A stretch of DNA of 63,988 bases, the filler included, from Candidatus Huberarchaeum crystalense (GTDB lineage Archaea; Huberarchaeota; Huberarchaeia; Huberarchaeales; Huberarchaeaceae), in NCBI GenBank assembly GCA_002790315.1. It is 5 parts of 5 records of this genome, joined end to end, with 100 filler letters (N's around TTAATTAATTAA, not from the genome) between each part and the next. Parts side by side here need not be neighbours in the genome. Positions count along the whole stretch, not along the records: positions 54,978 to 60,748 come from PFUW01000013.1; positions 60,849 to 63,988 come from PFUW01000027.1; 3 more parts are not named here. One strand, written 5' to 3'. The stretch's first letter is position 1; every line of letters begins with the position of its first letter. Of this stretch, positions 60,019-63,988 are shown in pieces. The translations under genes were made by a program, and so were the position numbers. The notes under the pieces were generated by a model. It made no database searches, was not told where the DNA came from, and saw only the letters and a program-made list of their open reading frames with translations.

Positions 60019-60055
60019 CTAAATAATTCCCTAGTTCCCTAGGGAAATTATTTAG
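60019..60055 (+). terminator. Hairpin after the DUF5679-like gene
   Basis: CTAAATAATTCCCTAG-TTCC-CTAGGGAAATTATTTAG, followed by a T-rich tract. Confidence 0.6.
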
Positions 60056-60318
60056 ATATTTCTATATTTTTTATAGTTTTTCTTTATAAAAAATATATTT
60101 TTAAATTTTATATTATTTCATATTATAAAAATCAGAGATTCTACTTTGTTGCGCGCCCCACATAAATTTAACATAATGTTGCGTGCGTGCGTTTTAACAA
60201 ACCCAAAATTTTAAAAGAATTTGGCAATGTATTTACTGATTTGTTTAAACATTTCAATTAACTAAAATATTTTGTGCTTAAATATTGCAATGTATTAAAA
60301 TGTTTTCTTAAATATATT

Positions 60319-60513
60319 ATGTTATTTCCAATAAGATGTTTTTCGTGCGGCCGCGTCATAGCACACAAATGGGAAGAATATGAAAAGCGCGTTGAAAAGG
60401 GCGAAGATTCAATTAAGGTTCTTGATGAAATGGGATTTATTGATTATTGTTGCAAGCGGATGTTTTTGACGCATGGGCAGGATAAAATTGATTTGTTGGT
60501 GAAACGCGAGTAA
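60319..60513 (+). CDS. rpo10: RNA polymerase subunit Rpo10 (N)
   Basis: MLFPIRCFSCGRVI...VLDEMG..YCCKRM. Confidence 0.95.
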   Translation: MLFPIRCFSCGRVIAHKWEEYEKRVEKGEDSIKVLDEMGFIDYCCKRMFLTHGQDKIDLLVKRE

Positions 60514-60748
60514 AATCTATTAAAATTATCTGTTTTTGTGCTTTTTTTATCTTTTTTTGAAAGCAAAAAGGGCATATGTGCGCGCACCTTATTATATTTT
60601 AAAGGGGGTTTTAAATACCCTCGTATAAATATATTATAGGGAGTTTTTACTTTTCTATATTAAATCCCCTGTAAGACAGGAGATTTATAAAAGGTTTGCA
60701 ACGCAAACTTTCACACAAATAAAGGAAAACAAAATGAAAATAGGGGAA

Positions 60749-60848
60749 NNNNNNNNNNNNNNNNNNNNNNNNNNNNNNNNNNNNNNNNNNNNTTAATTAA
60801 TTAANNNNNNNNNNNNNNNNNNNNNNNNNNNNNNNNNNNNNNNNNNNN
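60749..60848. other. Artificial scaffold linker
   Basis: N44-TTAATTAATTAA-N44. Confidence 0.97.
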
Positions 60849-61358
60849 CCTAAATATTATGAGAATTTTGAAAATGCTTCTAAAAGAATTACTAAATCAT
60901 ACAAAGAAACACGAAGATACATATTAAAAAATGCAAATTTAAATTCAAAAGATACAGAAAGTATTGAAACACTTGAAACACAATACAATATAATAAAAAA
61001 GAAATATAATATCAATAATACTACTAATAATGCTGATCTTGAGATTGATATTAAGAAGTTGAATTATACACAAATACTACTCGACAAAGAAAAGGTTAAA
61101 TATGTCACTTATAATGATAAGGGAGACATAGGTAAAAGTTTTATTGAGGATATTAATATTCTTAGAGAGGATACTACTAAAGTAAATGTAAAAGAAAATA
61201 TAGATATATTTAATACAGAAGATATATTAATAACAAGATTATATGGATCATACCCTAACCAAAAATCTCCTACGCAAAAAAACACATTAACTATTTATAT
61301 TCCAAAATCTTGTATACACCTCCATAACGATTTAGTTGAAAATACTATATGTATGTAA
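60849..61358 (+). CDS. Hypothetical protein, 5'-truncated
   Basis: Frame open from the scaffold edge into ORF 61059. Confidence 0.55.
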   Translation, partial: PKYYENFENASKRITKSYKETRRYILKNANLNSKDTESIETLETQYNIIKKKYNINNTTNNADLEIDIKKLNYTQILLDKEKVKYVTYNDKGDIGKSFIEDINILREDTTKVNVKENIDIFNTEDILITRLYGSYPNQKSPTQKNTLTIYIPKSCIHLHNDLVENTICM

Positions 61359-61433
61359 AACTCACAAACATTGCCAAAAAGCATAATTATTAAAAATATT
61401 ACTTTTGTTTGCTTTATTGCTTTATAAAAATTT

Positions 61434-62342
61434 ATGGCTGTTTTATTTGGAACTGCTGGCGTGCCGATTTCTGCTAAACAAACAAAAACAACAGGTGGAA
61501 TTAAAGCAGTTAAAGATTTGGGTTTAGATGTTCTTGAAATTGAGTTTGTGCGCGGCATTTATCTTGATGAAAAAAAAGCAAATGAATGCAAAGAAATTGC
61601 ATCAAAAAACAATATTATTTTAACTGTTCATGCACCATATTTTATAAATTTCAATTCAGATGATTTAAATATTGTCAAAAAAAGCCAGGGATTCATATAC
61701 CAAAGCGCTAAAATAGGTTGGCTTGCTGGTGCAAAATGCGTTGTTTTTCACCCTGGCTTTTATGGAAAAAAAACAAAAGACGAAACATACAAAACAATAA
61801 AAACAAATTTACAATTTGTTATAAAACAAATTCAAAAAGAAAACATAAATATTACTTTCTGCCCTGAAACAATGGGAAGAGTAAGTCAATTTGGAACAAT
61901 AGATGAAATCTTACAATTAAGTGTTGATATACCAAATGTTAAGCCTTGCTTAGATTTTGCTCATATGTGGGCGCGCACAATGGCTAAAACAACAACCTTT
62001 TCTGAAAAATGCGTGAGTGAAATGGCTAAAACAACAACTTTTTTAGAAAATACAGAAAAAGCAAAAGAGGTTGACGGCCGCGTATTTGCAACAGAAATCC
62101 TTGAAAAAATTGAAAAAACACTTGGAAAAGATGCGCTCAAGCATCTACACATTCATATGGCTGGTGTGGCTTACAATAAAAATGGCGAACACAACCACGA
62201 AACACTTGAAGAGTCAAAATTTCCTTGGCGCGAAATTTTAGATGTTTTGAAAGAAAAGGAAATAAGTGGCACTATTATCAGCGAGTCCCCAAATATAGAA
62301 CTTGATGCTATTCGCATGAAAGAATATTGGAAAAAACATTAA
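61434..62342 (+). CDS. nfo: Endonuclease IV-like TIM-barrel protein
   Basis: FGTAG, HAPYFIN, HPGFY, PETMG, DFAH, HIH, ISESP; internal 14-aa duplication. Confidence 0.85.
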   Translation: MAVLFGTAGVPISAKQTKTTGGIKAVKDLGLDVLEIEFVRGIYLDEKKANECKEIASKNNIILTVHAPYFINFNSDDLNIVKKSQGFIYQSAKIGWLAGAKCVVFHPGFYGKKTKDETYKTIKTNLQFVIKQIQKENINITFCPETMGRVSQFGTIDEILQLSVDIPNVKPCLDFAHMWARTMAKTTTFSEKCVSEMAKTTTFLENTEKAKEVDGRVFATEILEKIEKTLGKDALKHLHIHMAGVAYNKNGEHNHETLEESKFPWREILDVLKEKEISGTIISESPNIELDAIRMKEYWKKH

Positions 62343-62413
62343 GCGCTTGTGGTCTAGTGGCAAGACAAGAGCTTCCCAAGCTTTTAACCTGAGTTCAAAT
62401 CTCAGCAGGCGCA
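62343..62413 (+). tRNA. tRNA-Gly(CCC)
   Basis: Acceptor GCGCTTG/CAGGCGC, anticodon loop TT-CCC-AA, AGTTCAAATC; begins immediately after the nfo stop. Confidence 0.92.
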
Positions 62414-62434
62414 TCAAATTTGTTATAAAAATAT

Positions 62435-62584
62435 ATGGCGAGCAACAAAATTCTTATGCCTGGCGAAACTGCTGGGTTAATGTCTTTTAGTGAAAATACT
62501 TTGTCAAAAATTCAAATTCCTCCGCTTATTATTATTGGAATATGTCTTCTTTTAATCGCAATTTTTTGGCTTTTTCGCTATTAG
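62435..62584 (+). CDS. secG: Sec61beta/SecG translocase subunit (not in ORF track)
   Basis: MASNKILMPGETAGLMSFSENTLSKIQIPPLIIIGICLLLIAIFWLFRY*: AGL..F..SKI.I.P plus a C-terminal TM. Confidence 0.75.
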   Translation: MASNKILMPGETAGLMSFSENTLSKIQIPPLIIIGICLLLIAIFWLFRY

Positions 62585-62892
62585 TTTTCTCAATTTTGTA
62601 ACAAATCTATTAATAATTGTTTTTTATGTATAGTTGGATTTGTTATCTGTTATCAGAAACGACATTTGTTATTAAAAAAATTGTTGTTCAAAAAGTAAAA
62701 TTAATTGAGTTCTTTTAAACAAACATAATAAAATTATGATATTACATGCACATCAAAATAAAGTTTGTACGAGCAAGAGGGTACTAATGGCATTGAAACA
62801 AAGTTTCAAAACATTATTTTCTAAGGAAAGAAAATAATGGCATTGAAAAATGTAATTTTTCAAAACATTATTTTTTTAGGAGATAAAAAATA

Positions 62893-63315
62893 ATGGCAAA
62901 AAAAGCAAGAAAAGGAGGGCATATTATGAAAGGCTTTCCTAGCCGTAGTTTGCCGAAAAATTCATTTGTTAAAGTGGTTGATAACTCAGGAGCTAAAGAA
63001 ATTAAAATTATTGCAGTTAAAGGTCATGTAACTACTAAAAAACGAATGCCTGCAGCCAGAGTTGGAGATATGGTTTGGGGTAGCATAACTGCCGGTGATG
63101 TCAAAATTAAAGGAACTGTGTTAAATGGTGTTGTTGTAAGAGCAAAAAAAGAATACCGCCGCGCAAACGGATGGCATGTTAAATTTGAAAGCAATGGAAT
63201 TATTTTAATTAATGCAGACGGAACACCAAAAGGCACAATTATTAAAGGACCTGTGGCGCGCGAAGCAATTGAATTTTTCCCTGAAATAGGCAAGATTGCA
63301 AAGAGTGTTGTGTAA
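62893..63315 (+). CDS. rpl14: 50S ribosomal protein uL14
   Basis: VVDNSGAK, AARVGD, RAKKEYRRANG..VKFESN, PKGT.IKGPVARE. Confidence 0.95.
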   Translation: MAKKARKGGHIMKGFPSRSLPKNSFVKVVDNSGAKEIKIIAVKGHVTTKKRMPAARVGDMVWGSITAGDVKIKGTVLNGVVVRAKKEYRRANGWHVKFESNGIILINADGTPKGTIIKGPVAREAIEFFPEIGKIAKSVV

Positions 63316-63900
63316 AAACAAACAAAATTGTGAAATTTAAATATTTTGAAAAATACAAAACAAAACAGGTTATTATCAGAAATTAAAATTAGAATATCTT
63401 ATCTAAATTAAATTTTATTAAGAAAAAATACTTAGATATAGAGAAATAAATATTATTGCATGGTATTTGAACAGAAGAGCATATGTAAGGAACAATAAAA
63501 ATTAATATTGGAAAAAATAGAAGAATACCTGAAATTCGCAAGAAATTTAAAAAAAGTAGAAAAGAATAAAGAAGTAGAAAAGAATAAAACATTAAAAGTA
63601 TTAAAAAAGATATTAAAATATACAAAAAACCAACCCTAAAATTATTTTAAAGTTCTTTCTTTTAAGTAAATTTATATTGGTTTTATTCGTAATAGTATAT
63701 AAGCAAGTGAACTAAATAAGTATATGGTAGTATAGTATCTAAGGGCATTATGCTTTTAATATTTGCTATCAGCTTACTTGGCTTTTTTTAAATTGCAGTC
63801 AAGACATACAAACTAATTTCAAACAAAAAAAGAATTCTAAACAATGATGCGAGTTGCAAAACAACAGCAACAATGAGAGAATTCAAAGGAGGACAATAAA

Positions 63901-63988
63901 ATGTCTAAATTAAAAAAAATAATTGGCGCAACTGCTTTGGTTGCTACTTTAGGCTTTGCTGGTGCAACAACTTTTGCAGCTGATTTAT
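63901..63988 (+). CDS. Probable S-layer protein, N-terminus only
   Basis: MSKLKKIIGATALVATLGFAGATTFAADL resembles S-layer signal peptides; strong SD AAAGGAGGA. Confidence 0.65.
   Translation, partial: MSKLKKIIGATALVATLGFAGATTFAADL

Noticed and set aside
22390-60848. Repeated TTAATTAATTAA palindromes
   Set aside because: Each sits between two N44 runs, so they are synthetic linkers. Adjacency across them, such as joining 46272-47714 to 47815-54141, is not biological evidence.
87-63625. Many 60-150 aa ORFs antisense to or nested in real genes (e.g. 87-287, 6632-7096, 40820-41257, 58678-59094, 63389-63625)
   Set aside because: Shadow ORFs of AT-rich coding or low-complexity DNA with no recognisable motifs.

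Overview
AT-rich (about 30% GC or less, judged by eye) archaeal genome segment with DPANN-like traits: fragmented ribosomal operons, a split Hef gene, a stand-alone 5S rRNA, apparently leaderless genes, and giant Cys-rich surface proteins. The lineage cannot be fixed from sequence alone. The window is five scaffolds joined by four artificial 100-bp N44-TTAATTAATTAA-N44 linkers, with many short N gaps inside repeat arrays. Content is mostly housekeeping: ribosomal proteins, PCNA, Rpo4, Rpo10, Spt5, SRP54, PheRS, GluRS, CCA-adding enzyme, exosome, RadB, Rqc2, Elp3, 5S rRNA and four tRNAs, plus surface proteins and several pseudogenes. The strongest unexplained signal is a window-wide excess of the palindrome GCGCGC: about 60 by manual count against fewer than 1 expected. 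It occurs in all codon phases, in intergenic DNA and in the 5S rRNA, but is nearly absent from accessory-looking genes, which suggests a HIP1-like iterated palindrome in an archaeon. A second signal is pervasive, locus-specific tandem duplication at gene starts and ends.
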